Assembly: GCA_963720545.1 (NCBI GenBank)
Contig: OY970399.1
Coordinates: forward strand, 3,520,001-3,584,000
DNA: 64,000 nt
Reading direction: 5' to 3'
DNA from: an uncultured Acidobacteriota bacterium
Lineage (GTDB): Bacteria; Acidobacteriota; Vicinamibacteria; Fen-336
Shown here: in pieces, positions 50,063-59,397 of the stretch
How positions within the stretch are numbered: position 1 is the stretch's first letter
Layout: each line of letters opens with the position of its first letter
Position numbers and translations under genes: made by a program
Notes under the pieces: generated by a model
Told to the model about the DNA's origin: nothing
Database searches by the model: none
The model's input: the letters and a program-made list of their open reading frames with translations, nothing else

Positions 50063-52570
50063 TTGCCGACTGCATTGATTGCGACGATCACCCATGCCGT
50101 TCGCAGCCTGCGGCACGCGCCGGGGCTCGCCCTTGCTGCCATCCTTTGCATCGCGCTTGGCACCGCCGCCACCACCACCGTTGCGACGCTGGTGAGCGCA
50201 ACGCTGATCCGGCCTGTGCCTTTTCCAGCACCCGAGCGCCTGGTGCGTGTGTGGTTCGACGAACCGCAGGTCAACTCCCGCATCTCGCTGTCGATCCCGG
50301 AGATCGCAGACTTCGGCGCGATGACGGCGTTCGACGCATTCCTGGGCACCGCGCGGGTGCGCTCCACGGTGCTCTTCGACAGCGGCGCCGAGCGCTTGCG
50401 CGGCGAGGGAGTGTCGCGCGGATATTTCGAGACGCTCGGCATCCGCCCCGCGCTGGGCCGGGTGCTGCAACCGGCCGATCACACGGCCGATGCGCCGGCG
50501 GTGGTGGTGCTGAGCCACGACACCTGGCTGCGCCACTTCGGTGGCGATGCCGCTGTTGTCGGGCGACCGTTTCGCACGCCGCACGCCGCCTACACGATCG
50601 TCGGCGTGGCGCAGCGCGGCTTCGAGGGGACGGTGGAAGACGACGTCGTCGAGTTCTTCATCCCGCTCGAGCAGTACGAACCCCGCGCGCTGCGCACCGA
50701 CCGCAACGCCCGGCCGTCGTGGGCGATCGGGCGGCTGCGCCCGGGAGCATCGATCGGCGCGGCGCAGGCCGAGGCCGAGCGCGTCTACCAGGCGCTCGCG
50801 GCCGCGCATCCCGACATCTACCGCCGCTGGCAGATGCGTGTGGAGCCGTTCGGCGAGAGCTGGCGCGAACGGCTGCGCGGCAGCGGTGCCGTGCTGTTCG
50901 CGGCGGCGGCGCTGCTGCTGATGATCGCCGCCATCAACGTCGGCTGCCTGCTGCTCGCGCGCGTTCTCGACCGCCGGCGCGAGCTCGCCATCCGCGCCGC
51001 GCTGGGCGCCGGCACCCGGCGCATTGCGCTGCAGCTCTTCACCGAGGCGCTGGTGCTGGTGGTCGCAGGCGGCGCCCTCGGCGCGCTGCTGGGACCGCGC
51101 CTGCTCGACGGGTTCCTGGCGGTGGCGCCACTCGACCGGTTGTCGCTGCCGCGCTACCTGCGCCTCGAGCCGGACGCGACGGCGCTCGCCATCGCCATCG
51201 GCACGCTTGCCGTCGCCGGCCTGCTCGCCGGCACGGTGCCGACGCTGCTGGGCCGGCGCGTGCAGCCGGCGGACGTGCTGCGCGACGGCGGCCGCGGCCA
51301 CCTTGGCCGCGGCGCCGAGAAGGGCTGGGGCGCCGCGCTCATCGCGTGTGAGACCGCGCTGACGCTGGTGCTGCTGGTCACCGGCGGACTGCTGGTGCGC
51401 TCGTACGAACGGCTCACCAACATCGACACCGGCTTCGAGCGCGACCGGATCGCACGGCTTGCCGTGACGCTGAGCCGTTCCGACTACGGCGAGGCGGAGC
51501 GCCTGCCGCAGGTGTACGAGCGTCTGCAGCGCGAGCTGGCGAATGTCCCCGGCGTGCGCGCCATCGGCCTCGTCAGCCCCACGCTGCCGCCGTGGGACGG
51601 GTTGCAGTCGCGCGTGCATCCCGAGGGCGTCGACCTGCCCGCCGCCGGGGGTGGTGTGGACGAGGGCATCGTCGTCAGCACGCATCTTGCCGACGGCGGC
51701 CTGTTGCCGATGCTCGGCGGCGGCATCGTCGCGGGCCGCAACCTCGACCCGGGCGACGCGCGCGCCGACGCCGCGTCGTTGGTGGTGATCAGCCGCTCGC
51801 TTGCCAGGTTGATGGGGGGACCAGAAAAGGCGTTGGGCCGCACCGTGACCTTCGGCCCCGACGACCCCGGCATGCCCACCGGGCCTTTCCGCGTGGTCGG
51901 CGTCGCCGAGGACATGGCTTACGACGGCCTCGTCGAGCAGGACACGCGCCGCTTCGTTCGCGGTGGCGCGGGCGGCGACGCGCGCGCCAGCCGCTTCGAC
52001 GTTTATGTGTCGCTGCAGCGCTTTCCGTCGCCGGTGGTGTCGATCGGCGCCGCGACCAGCGGTGACCCGGCGGCGCTCATTGCGCCGCTGCGTGCCCGCA
52101 TCGCCGCGATCGCGCCGGCTTCGGCCATCCACTGGGTCGGCACCATGCCGGAGGAGATCGCCGCCGAGTACGCGCCGACGCGTTTCTACACGATCCTGGT
52201 GACCGTGTTCTCGACGAGTGCGCTCCTGCTGACGAGCCTCGGCCTGTTCGCCTTGCTGTCGCACGCCGCGGTGCGCCGCACTTCCGAGATGGGCCTGCGT
52301 CTGGCACTCGGCGCATCGCGCGGCTCGACCGCGCGCTTGCTGTTGCGCGGCGGGCTGTCGCCGATCGCCGCCGGCATCGCCGCCGGCGGCCTCGGCGCCT
52401 ACGCCGCCGGCCGTTCCATGGGCGGCATGGTCTACGGCATCGGCACTTTCGACAGCGCCACTTTCGCCTTGTCGGTGGCGGTGCTGGTGCTCGTCAGTGT
52501 CTGCGCCGGGCTGGTCCCCGCACGCCGCATCGCGTCCATCGACCCGGTCGAGGCGCTGCGCACCGACTGA
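50063..52570 (+). CDS. ADOP-type duplicated MacB/FtsX ABC permease (no adjacent ATPase)
   Basis: AVRSLRHAPG, INVGCLLLAR...RELAIRAALGA, RRTSEMGLRLALGA, PARRIASIDPVEALR. Confidence 0.92.
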   Translation: MPTALIATITHAVRSLRHAPGLALAAILCIALGTAATTTVATLVSATLIRPVPFPAPERLVRVWFDEPQVNSRISLSIPEIADFGAMTAFDAFLGTARVRSTVLFDSGAERLRGEGVSRGYFETLGIRPALGRVLQPADHTADAPAVVVLSHDTWLRHFGGDAAVVGRPFRTPHAAYTIVGVAQRGFEGTVEDDVVEFFIPLEQYEPRALRTDRNARPSWAIGRLRPGASIGAAQAEAERVYQALAAAHPDIYRRWQMRVEPFGESWRERLRGSGAVLFAAAALLLMIAAINVGCLLLARVLDRRRELAIRAALGAGTRRIALQLFTEALVLVVAGGALGALLGPRLLDGFLAVAPLDRLSLPRYLRLEPDATALAIAIGTLAVAGLLAGTVPTLLGRRVQPADVLRDGGRGHLGRGAEKGWGAALIACETALTLVLLVTGGLLVRSYERLTNIDTGFERDRIARLAVTLSRSDYGEAERLPQVYERLQRELANVPGVRAIGLVSPTLPPWDGLQSRVHPEGVDLPAAGGGVDEGIVVSTHLADGGLLPMLGGGIVAGRNLDPGDARADAASLVVISRSLARLMGGPEKALGRTVTFGPDDPGMPTGPFRVVGVAEDMAYDGLVEQDTRRFVRGGAGGDARASRFDVYVSLQRFPSPVVSIGAATSGDPAALIAPLRARIAAIAPASAIHWVGTMPEEIAAEYAPTRFYTILVTVFSTSALLLTSLGLFALLSHAAVRRTSEMGLRLALGASRGSTARLLLRGGLSPIAAGIAAGGLGAYAAGRSMGGMVYGIGTFDSATFALSVAVLVLVSVCAGLVPARRIASIDPVEALRTD

Positions 52571-53676
52571 GCGCCGGCCGGCAGCAGACCGCTCGCACCG
52601 AGGTGCTCGTAGATCGCTGCCGCAGCCAGCGCGCTCGCGTCGGCATCCCAGTGGCGGTCCTTCGGGAAGTCCCAGCGCTTTGTCGGCTCCGCGAGGCGCG
52701 CCGGCTCGAGCGTGTCCTCCATGCGCATGAAGTCGAAGCCTTCCGGGCGCAGGTAGTGGCGGCGCAGACGCACGAAGCGCTCGATGTGCTCGCCACGCTG
52801 CGCGGCGTTCACGATCAAGAGCCGCCCGCCGGCCAACTCGACCTCGTGGCGTAGTTCGCGCAGCAACGCAGCCGTCAACGCATATGGATCGTCGGCAGTG
52901 GTGCGCGGGATGGCGACCTCGAACAGGTTCAGCACGGCCTGGAACGCAGGGGTTGCCGACTCGCGGCTGCGCGCGAAGTTCCAAAGCTCCGAGTCCTGAC
53001 CCAGCCGCAGACGCACGCGCTGCCAGGCGGTGAGCACGGGCACCGGCGAGTTGTGCGCGACCAGTGACGCGCCGGCGAGCGTGAAATACGGCTTGTAGTA
53101 GGAGAGGTACTCGAAGTCGCGGGTGTTCTCCTCGAAATCGTTGTCGCACATCAGCAGCAACACGATCTTTGGCGAGAGCCGCGCGCCGGCTTCCTTGAAC
53201 AGGATCAGCTCCTGGTCGGTCGAGTAGCCGCTCAGGCTCATGCTGGTGACATCGGCTTTGACGTGGTCGATGGCGAACTGGTGCTGCAGGAACGCGGCGA
53301 CGGTGTGATCCTCGTCGAGGCCGACGCCGAAGCCGAACGAGTCGCCGAGCACCAGCACCCGGCCAAAGCCTCCCGGTGTGGCCGCCGCGATTTCGGCGCC
53401 GCGCACACCCAGGGAATTGATGCGTACTGCGGCGCGGTCGGCGCCGCCCTCGATATGGGTCGATCCTTGCGAGAGCCGCCGCCCGATCCAGCCCTTGGTG
53501 GCGTCGTAGGTCCAGACCCCGCGGTCGTCGTCTTCGGCGTCCGCAATCGCCGGGTAGTGGATGCGGGCGATGCGCAGCCCGGCTTCCGCTCCGAGGACCA
53601 GCAGCCCCAGCACCAGGCAGTTCACGCCCGCCAGGCGGAGGACCGTCAGCAGCTGGCTCCCGGGACCGCGTTTCAT
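52432..53676 (-). CDS. SGNH/GDSL hydrolase family protein, membrane-anchored
   Basis: INSLGVRG, VLGDSFGFG, GYSTDQE, ND, DRHW. Confidence 0.87.
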   Translation of the reverse strand: MKRGPGSQLLTVLRLAGVNCLVLGLLVLGAEAGLRIARIHYPAIADAEDDDRGVWTYDATKGWIGRRLSQGSTHIEGGADRAAVRINSLGVRGAEIAAATPGGFGRVLVLGDSFGFGVGLDEDHTVAAFLQHQFAIDHVKADVTSMSLSGYSTDQELILFKEAGARLSPKIVLLLMCDNDFEENTRDFEYLSYYKPYFTLAGASLVAHNSPVPVLTAWQRVRLRLGQDSELWNFARSRESATPAFQAVLNLFEVAIPRTTADDPYALTAALLRELRHEVELAGGRLLIVNAAQRGEHIERFVRLRRHYLRPEGFDFMRMEDTLEPARLAEPTKRWDFPKDRHWDADASALAAAAIYEHLGASGLLPAGAQSVRSASTGSMDAMRRAGTSPAQTLTSTSTATDKAKVALSKVPMP

Positions 53677-53748
53677 ACGAGGGGCCGAACGCTACGCCTC
53701 TCGAGGCGGCACCACAATGGCAGCCGTCACCGCGGCTGCCAGGGGCTG

Positions 53749-55686
53749 TCAGGGCAGCTGGATCACGGAAACTGCAGCCAGGGCACGGGGCGGACCGTCC
53801 CCTTGGGCGTCCGCGAACACGAGGCAGATCCGATTATCGCCCTCGACCAGTGCCTGCCGTGACGCGACGAACGGGAGATTCGCCCACCCTTCGTCGAGCG
53901 CGCCGAGCGCGGCCTCGACGCCGTTGACGCTGACGGACACCCGGACGGTGCCTTCGCCAGGGGCGGCGCGGGCAGCGATGATGCCCCGCATGTCGAATGG
54001 CTGGCGCAAGGGAACGCGGACGCAAGCCCTTGGAGAGTGCGCCCAGCGGAACTGCGGCCAGCCCTCGCGCAGCCGCGCTCTCGACCACCCCTCGGCGAGA
54101 TAGGGGCTCTCGACCGCTCCCACCTCGATGCTGCCGGAAGGATTGACGTTGGTGTAGAAGTACTCGCCGACGCCGATGTTGTACGCCAGCGCACGGCCCG
54201 CTTTCCCCGCCACGGCGCCGAGCCCCGCATCGAGAGCGTCCTGGACATTGCGAGCCTGCAGCACGGCTACTTTCGCGAGCGGCGCCGTCGTGGGGAAGAG
54301 GTGCTCCTCGAATCCCCTGATGAAGCCGAGATTCCAGCCGACGAGCAGCAGGCCGATCGTGAGCGGTGCGAGCATGGGACGCGCACGCACAGCGCGCGAC
54401 AGTCGCAGCGCAATTTCAGCGACACCGACCGCGATCAACGGCATCACGAAGTCGAAGCGGCGCGCTCCGAACGCATCGGATGCAGCCCAGTCCTGCACTC
54501 CGCCGTTCAACCAGGCGTTCGCGAACCAGACGAGCAGTCCGCCGATACCCAGAAGCGGGTGCGCCGGAGCGAGCAACACGAGGCCGACGATGCCGGCGGC
54601 CGCGATCGGCGTCCACGTGAACAGGCCGTGATCCGCCGAGAGCAGGACGTCGCGCAGGTGCGGAGAACTCCAATCGATGAACCCGGACCCTTGCGGCATG
54701 GTGATCGCATGACCGTAGAGCACGCGCCACGCGGCAGCTTGTGGCGCGAACATCAAGAGCGCGACCACGGCCGCGCCGGCAACCCATCCGACACGGGTTC
54801 GCGACCGGGACAGTTGCATGACGGCGAGCGCCGCCGGGAGCATCGCAAACAGCACCGCCTGCCAACGCACCAGGGCGAGCAGACCCGTTGCTCCGCCAAG
54901 CATCAGCCAGCTGCACAACGCCGGCGTGCGCTCCGCACGATCGAGGGCCCACACTGCAGCGGCCGCCGCGGCAAAAGCCAACCCATGGGCCATCGTGGGC
55001 AGTACGAGGACATAGTAAGCAACGCTCGAAGCACCCACCGTCGCGAGTACGGCTCCTGCTGCCACTGGGTATCCGGCTCGGGCTGCGATCATCCGGGCCA
55101 GTAGGAGAGCCCCAAGAACCGCCCAGCACAACGTGCCAGCGGCGCACGCCCGCCAGTAAGGCGCGCTGAAGCCGTCATCGGCAAAGCGCTTACGGCCCAG
55201 GCCGTTTGCCACACGGACGTAGACGTGCGCGGTCGCATAGAACGGCGCCCAAACGATGGCCGGGCCGATTCCCTGGGAGTTGCCGCGCATGCCGGTTGCA
55301 GTAATTGCGCCCGGTTCATGGCCCCAGCGCTGCCGCTCGTTCGCAAAATCGAGATCGCGGTCGAACGCGAGCGAATGCAGATAGGCGAAGTAGTTGGTGG
55401 CGTCGGCGCGTTTCAGTTCCGGCTGAAACCACGAGCCGGCCAGCATCGCCGCGCCGCAGCAAAACGCCGCCAGCGGGGCGGAGTCGAACCGGGAAGACGG
55501 TCGCAGCAGCGCGGCAATCCCGAGGCAAATGGCTGCAACGACCGCGGTCGCGGCGTGTGGGTCGATGAATGTCAGGAACGAGGCGACAACTCCGGCGACC
55601 AGGGCAAGCGCGCCTGGTCGCGCGACGGATTTTGGTCCGCGGTCTGGGGCGCCGGCGGCCATGTGCGGCCAATCGTACTCTGGCAA
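53749..55686 (-). CDS. GT-C (PMT/GT39-like) membrane glycosyltransferase with a C-terminal periplasmic domain
   Basis: DATNYFAYLHSLAFDRDLDF, HGLFTWTP, FGARRF, many TM. Confidence 0.8.
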   Translation of the reverse strand: MPEYDWPHMAAGAPDRGPKSVARPGALALVAGVVASFLTFIDPHAATAVVAAICLGIAALLRPSSRFDSAPLAAFCCGAAMLAGSWFQPELKRADATNYFAYLHSLAFDRDLDFANERQRWGHEPGAITATGMRGNSQGIGPAIVWAPFYATAHVYVRVANGLGRKRFADDGFSAPYWRACAAGTLCWAVLGALLLARMIAARAGYPVAAGAVLATVGASSVAYYVLVLPTMAHGLAFAAAAAAVWALDRAERTPALCSWLMLGGATGLLALVRWQAVLFAMLPAALAVMQLSRSRTRVGWVAGAAVVALLMFAPQAAAWRVLYGHAITMPQGSGFIDWSSPHLRDVLLSADHGLFTWTPIAAAGIVGLVLLAPAHPLLGIGGLLVWFANAWLNGGVQDWAASDAFGARRFDFVMPLIAVGVAEIALRLSRAVRARPMLAPLTIGLLLVGWNLGFIRGFEEHLFPTTAPLAKVAVLQARNVQDALDAGLGAVAGKAGRALAYNIGVGEYFYTNVNPSGSIEVGAVESPYLAEGWSRARLREGWPQFRWAHSPRACVRVPLRQPFDMRGIIAARAAPGEGTVRVSVSVNGVEAALGALDEGWANLPFVASRQALVEGDNRICLVFADAQGDGPPRALAAVSVIQLP

Positions 55687-55709
55687 TCGTCAGTATCGCC
55701 GGCGCGACC

Positions 55710-57674
55710 TCAACCCGTTGGGCAGGAAGAAACGGCCGGGTCCGAGTTGACGGCAACCTCCCAGAACAGAAGCGACGACTCGGGTCCCTGGTCTGCGCTG
55801 ACCAGTTCGATTCTGTTGCGGCCCTTATGGAGGGCGGCGCCTGGAACGCACGCGTCGTGGGTTCCGATCCGGTTGGGGTCCAACCGGAGACGCAACCTCG
55901 CGATCGGTACTCCGTTCGCCTTCACATCGACAACTGGTTCGGCGTCGGTTCTCACTGGGTCGATGCGGAACCGCAGCGTCAGGGTCGCGGGCTCGTCCAC
56001 GGGCACGTAGACCGTCGTCTGGCGGCTCCGACTCGATCGAACAGTGATGTTGCCTCGCGCATGTGGCGGCCCCCATCCCGGTCCGAACAGGAACCAATCG
56101 GTCAAGCCTGCCGAGATGCGCGCCGAGCGCGACCGCAGGTCCTCCGCCACTCGAGCGTAGTGAATCGCGCAGGCGGCGAGCCAGAGCGCCAGCAGGACGC
56201 CGATGGCCGCGAGGATGCATGTGAAGTGGCGTCGCTCCAGACGGAACAGCAACGGCACGCTCGCTGCAGCCGCGCCCACCGCGATCAGATAGAAGGGGTA
56301 GGCCGGCATCGTGAACCGCCACTCACCGCCGCCGAGAATGCCGAAGGTGAACGAATACGGGAGCAATACCGCGAGCAGTCCCACCAAAAGGATCCGACCA
56401 GCCCCGGAGAACAGGAACATCACCAGTCCAACGACAGACAGCCGCGACAGCCAGACGCCCACGCCTGGAACGACGTATTCGAAGCCCTGCCACTTGTTCT
56501 CGAAGGGAAGCTGGAGCAACCCGGTGATGCTCGTGTCGAGCAGTTTCCACGGGCCACCGAGCATTCCCAGGAACGCCCCCACCCAGAAGGTGTCGTCGCG
56601 CCATCCCTCGACCGACCAGGCGATCACGGTTCGTTCGACCGCGAACAGGTAGGCCGCCAGAAGTCCGACCACGCTCGAGAACGCCCTGGCGCCGGCCAGA
56701 TAGGTCGCGAGGATTGCGAGTGTCGAGAAGAGCGCCGAGACCCAGTTGATGCCGCGGTCGGACCCACTCGTGAGCCACAGGCCCACTCTGGTCGCCGCGA
56801 TGAAGAAGGGCTCGCGAACGTGGGCCTCGTAGAAGCCGCGCTTCTCACGCGCAAAATGGAGGTACGTGGTGGGATCGCCTAGATAGGGATGGTCGTTCAG
56901 CTTCCAGCGATAGGCGGGGTCGTGGAGCTGGGTTTCGGCGAAGTCGCGCAGGCTATCGGCCCAGGGCGGCGGTTTCTCCCAGTACCTTCCGACCAGCGCC
57001 TCGAAGCGCAGCAGGCCGCCCAGCAGGACGACAGCGGCGACGCAAGTGACGGCTGCGGGGCCGCGCCAGCGACGAGCCCGCGCAATCCAACGATCACGAT
57101 CCGCACCCGGCTGCCGCCGGAACCACGCGACCATGAGAGCGCCGAACAGCAGCCACGCTGCGGTTGCCCCGCGCGTGAACCACGGGGCCAGGGTTCTCGC
57201 CCATGTCGATGTCGCAGAGGATCCGGTGCGTCGCAGTACATCCCCTGCAATCCGGCGTGGTTGCGAACCCGCCCGGCTCCACCAACATCGCCCCACGCTC
57301 GTGGCTGGTCCGTAGCGCGCCGACAAGGCGTGAAGCCCGGCCTCCAGGTTCAGCTGCTGCTGCACCTGGCCACCGGAGGTTGTCAGGGCGACCACGTTGT
57401 CCAGTCGCAGCTCGAAGGGACCGGCCGTGTCCGCGCCAAATTCGTAGCGACCACTGTCATCAACGAGCAGATATCCCGTCCATCGCGCGGTCGCGCCCGG
57501 CGGAACACGCCACAAGTCGACGCCGCCAACAACCCGTTCGGGCGTGGCGCTGGATTCGAAGAGGAGACCCTGGGACCGATTCTCGAGAACGAACAGGATG
57601 AGCGCCAGGAGGCTGAGGACGAGGGCCAACGCTGCGGAAACGCCGCGCCACCCATCCACCTTCGCTCGGCTCAC
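55710..57674 (-). CDS. PA14-like domain plus GT-C (GT39-like) membrane glycosyltransferase, possibly internally shortened
   Basis: ARWTGYLLV...GRYEF...LRLD (PA14-like), GDPTTYL, HVREP, GWRDD, EWRFT. Confidence 0.75.
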   Translation of the reverse strand: MSRAKVDGWRGVSAALALVLSLLALILFVLENRSQGLLFESSATPERVVGGVDLWRVPPGATARWTGYLLVDDSGRYEFGADTAGPFELRLDNVVALTTSGGQVQQQLNLEAGLHALSARYGPATSVGRCWWSRAGSQPRRIAGDVLRRTGSSATSTWARTLAPWFTRGATAAWLLFGALMVAWFRRQPGADRDRWIARARRWRGPAAVTCVAAVVLLGGLLRFEALVGRYWEKPPPWADSLRDFAETQLHDPAYRWKLNDHPYLGDPTTYLHFAREKRGFYEAHVREPFFIAATRVGLWLTSGSDRGINWVSALFSTLAILATYLAGARAFSSVVGLLAAYLFAVERTVIAWSVEGWRDDTFWVGAFLGMLGGPWKLLDTSITGLLQLPFENKWQGFEYVVPGVGVWLSRLSVVGLVMFLFSGAGRILLVGLLAVLLPYSFTFGILGGGEWRFTMPAYPFYLIAVGAAAASVPLLFRLERRHFTCILAAIGVLLALWLAACAIHYARVAEDLRSRSARISAGLTDWFLFGPGWGPPHARGNITVRSSRSRQTTVYVPVDEPATLTLRFRIDPVRTDAEPVVDVKANGVPIARLRLRLDPNRIGTHDACVPGAALHKGRNRIELVSADQGPESSLLFWEVAVNSDPAVSSCPTG

Positions 57675-57713
57675 CGGCCTACTCTATCGGTGCCTTGCGG
57701 AGAGCACGCGGGT

Positions 57714-59384
57714 TCAGTTGGGAGGGTCGAGCTCGTAGATGCGATGCGGGCCCATCGAGGCGGCCAGGCGCACGCCAGGCGGCAACCGGACAGTGCCGGT
57801 CGCGCGCATGAGTCGGCCGGGCCGGTCGGGCGGGATGAGGTCGGTGTGGACGACGACGTAGCGGATGCCGCCGCGGCGAAACTCGCGGGCGGTGAAGTCG
57901 CTGGGGAAGAGCTTGCCGAGAACGCCGTAGCCGAACGGACCGCGCGGTTCGAAGGCGCCCCAGCCGTTCACCATCGGCTGCCAGTGATACGTGGACCAGT
58001 AGATGTAGGTCGCGCCGTAGTCGGCCGTCTCGTGGTCCCATGGCAATTCGAGGACCGGGCCGATGGGAGCGGCGGCGAGCCACTGGGCTGTGGGCGGCGG
58101 TTGCGCGAGCGAAGCCACGCTGCGGGCCAGGCCCACGGGATACGTTTCGGCGATGACGGCAGCGATGGCCAGTGCGGACCAGAGCTGCGCCCGCGGAATG
58201 CGCCGTTCGAGCGCAGCCCAGGAGGCGGCCGCGAGCAGAGCGAACCCCAGCAGCGCCAGGACACCGAGCCGTGAGGGCGTGCGCAACAGCGCTCCGCCGG
58301 GTAGCAGCCGCAGGAGGTTGAACGGGCCGGGAACAGTAGCGCCGCCGATGCTGACGCTCGGACCGAGCGAGAGCAGGATGCCGGCGGCGAGCAGGACGGC
58401 GGCCCAGCGGACGCGGCGATTGCGAAGCCAGAGCGGCGCGCCAACGATCGTGAGCGCCAGCACGATGGTTGTCGGGAACAGCGGCTCGTTCGAGGCGACC
58501 TTGCCGGCGAGCCAGGCCTGGTGGGGCAACGCGACGTAACCCCCGGGGTCGAAATAGCTCGACCAACGGGCGCTCCAGTGGCGCGTCTCTGCTTCGGTCC
58601 GCGCGATCGGCGCGCCGCGCGCCGCGGATTCGCGCTGCAATGCCGCGCGCATCGGCAAGTACGCGAGCAAGGCGATCCCCAGCGCGATCGCGAGGCCGGC
58701 CACGAGATGCGGCGGCGGCCTGCGCCACCCACGTTCCTTCAACAAGAGGATGGCGACTGCGAAGACGGTGATGAGCACGTAGTAGCCGCTGCCCAGGAGC
58801 GCGAACAGGAACAGGCATGAGGCGGCAATCGACCAGCGCAGCGACTTCTCGTGGACTGCGCGTCGTATTGCGAACAGCGCAGCGGGCAGCCACTGCATCG
58901 CGAGGCTCTGCACATGGACCAGATGGTGCAGGCGGTACGCGCAGAAGGCGTAGCTCACCGCCGCGATGGCGGCGCCGGCTTTCGAGCCGGTGAGGTCGCG
59001 CGCCAGCACGTACATCGCGAGCCCGCAGAGAATGAAGCTCAGCACCACGACCATGTTGTGAGCAAGGATCGCGCTGCCGCCGCTCAGCAGCCACGGCGCC
59101 GCCAGCAGCGCCTGCGGGAACTGGGTCTCGGTGAGGCCCAGCGCGCCCGGTATCGGGTGGTAGATGTTCGCCTCGAAGAGGCGCAGCGGATCGGTGACCG
59201 CGCGGTGCACCACGAAAGCCAGCGTCCAGGCGTTGCCGTACACGTCGGCGTTCTGCACCACCGACGTTCCGGGGTGCAGCGACAGCGGAGCGAGGAACAG
59301 GATCGTCACCGCGACGAGCGCCGCGGTGACGAGCAGGAGCTCTGTCGCCGTGAACGGCTTTGATGCGTCCGGACTGGCGTTCAG
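57714..59384 (-). CDS. Polytopic GT-C-like (YfhO-like) membrane protein
   Basis: FEANIYHP, HNMVV, YAFCAYR...HVQ, LRTPSR, VLELP, HWQPMVNG. The frame extends past GTG 59309 to a CTG at 59384. Confidence 0.78.
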   Translation of the reverse strand: MNASPDASKPFTATELLLVTAALVAVTILFLAPLSLHPGTSVVQNADVYGNAWTLAFVVHRAVTDPLRLFEANIYHPIPGALGLTETQFPQALLAAPWLLSGGSAILAHNMVVVLSFILCGLAMYVLARDLTGSKAGAAIAAVSYAFCAYRLHHLVHVQSLAMQWLPAALFAIRRAVHEKSLRWSIAASCLFLFALLGSGYYVLITVFAVAILLLKERGWRRPPPHLVAGLAIALGIALLAYLPMRAALQRESAARGAPIARTEAETRHWSARWSSYFDPGGYVALPHQAWLAGKVASNEPLFPTTIVLALTIVGAPLWLRNRRVRWAAVLLAAGILLSLGPSVSIGGATVPGPFNLLRLLPGGALLRTPSRLGVLALLGFALLAAASWAALERRIPRAQLWSALAIAAVIAETYPVGLARSVASLAQPPPTAQWLAAAPIGPVLELPWDHETADYGATYIYWSTYHWQPMVNGWGAFEPRGPFGYGVLGKLFPSDFTAREFRRGGIRYVVVHTDLIPPDRPGRLMRATGTVRLPPGVRLAASMGPHRIYELDPPN

Positions 59385-59397
59385 GACAGGCGCGGAG

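Noticed and set aside
52432..52570. 139-nt convergent overlap of the SGNH and ADOP genes (also ~60 nt for AraC/NTF2 at 20056-20117)
   Set aside because: Explained by late stop codons in GC-rich DNA. The tails carry no motifs.
31640..53149. Very long antisense ORFs (e.g. 31640-34144 +, 47235-49298 -, 50042-53149 -; similarly 25726-27996 + and 59527-62016 +)
   Set aside because: Shadow frames of well-supported genes in high-GC DNA, with no recognisable motifs.
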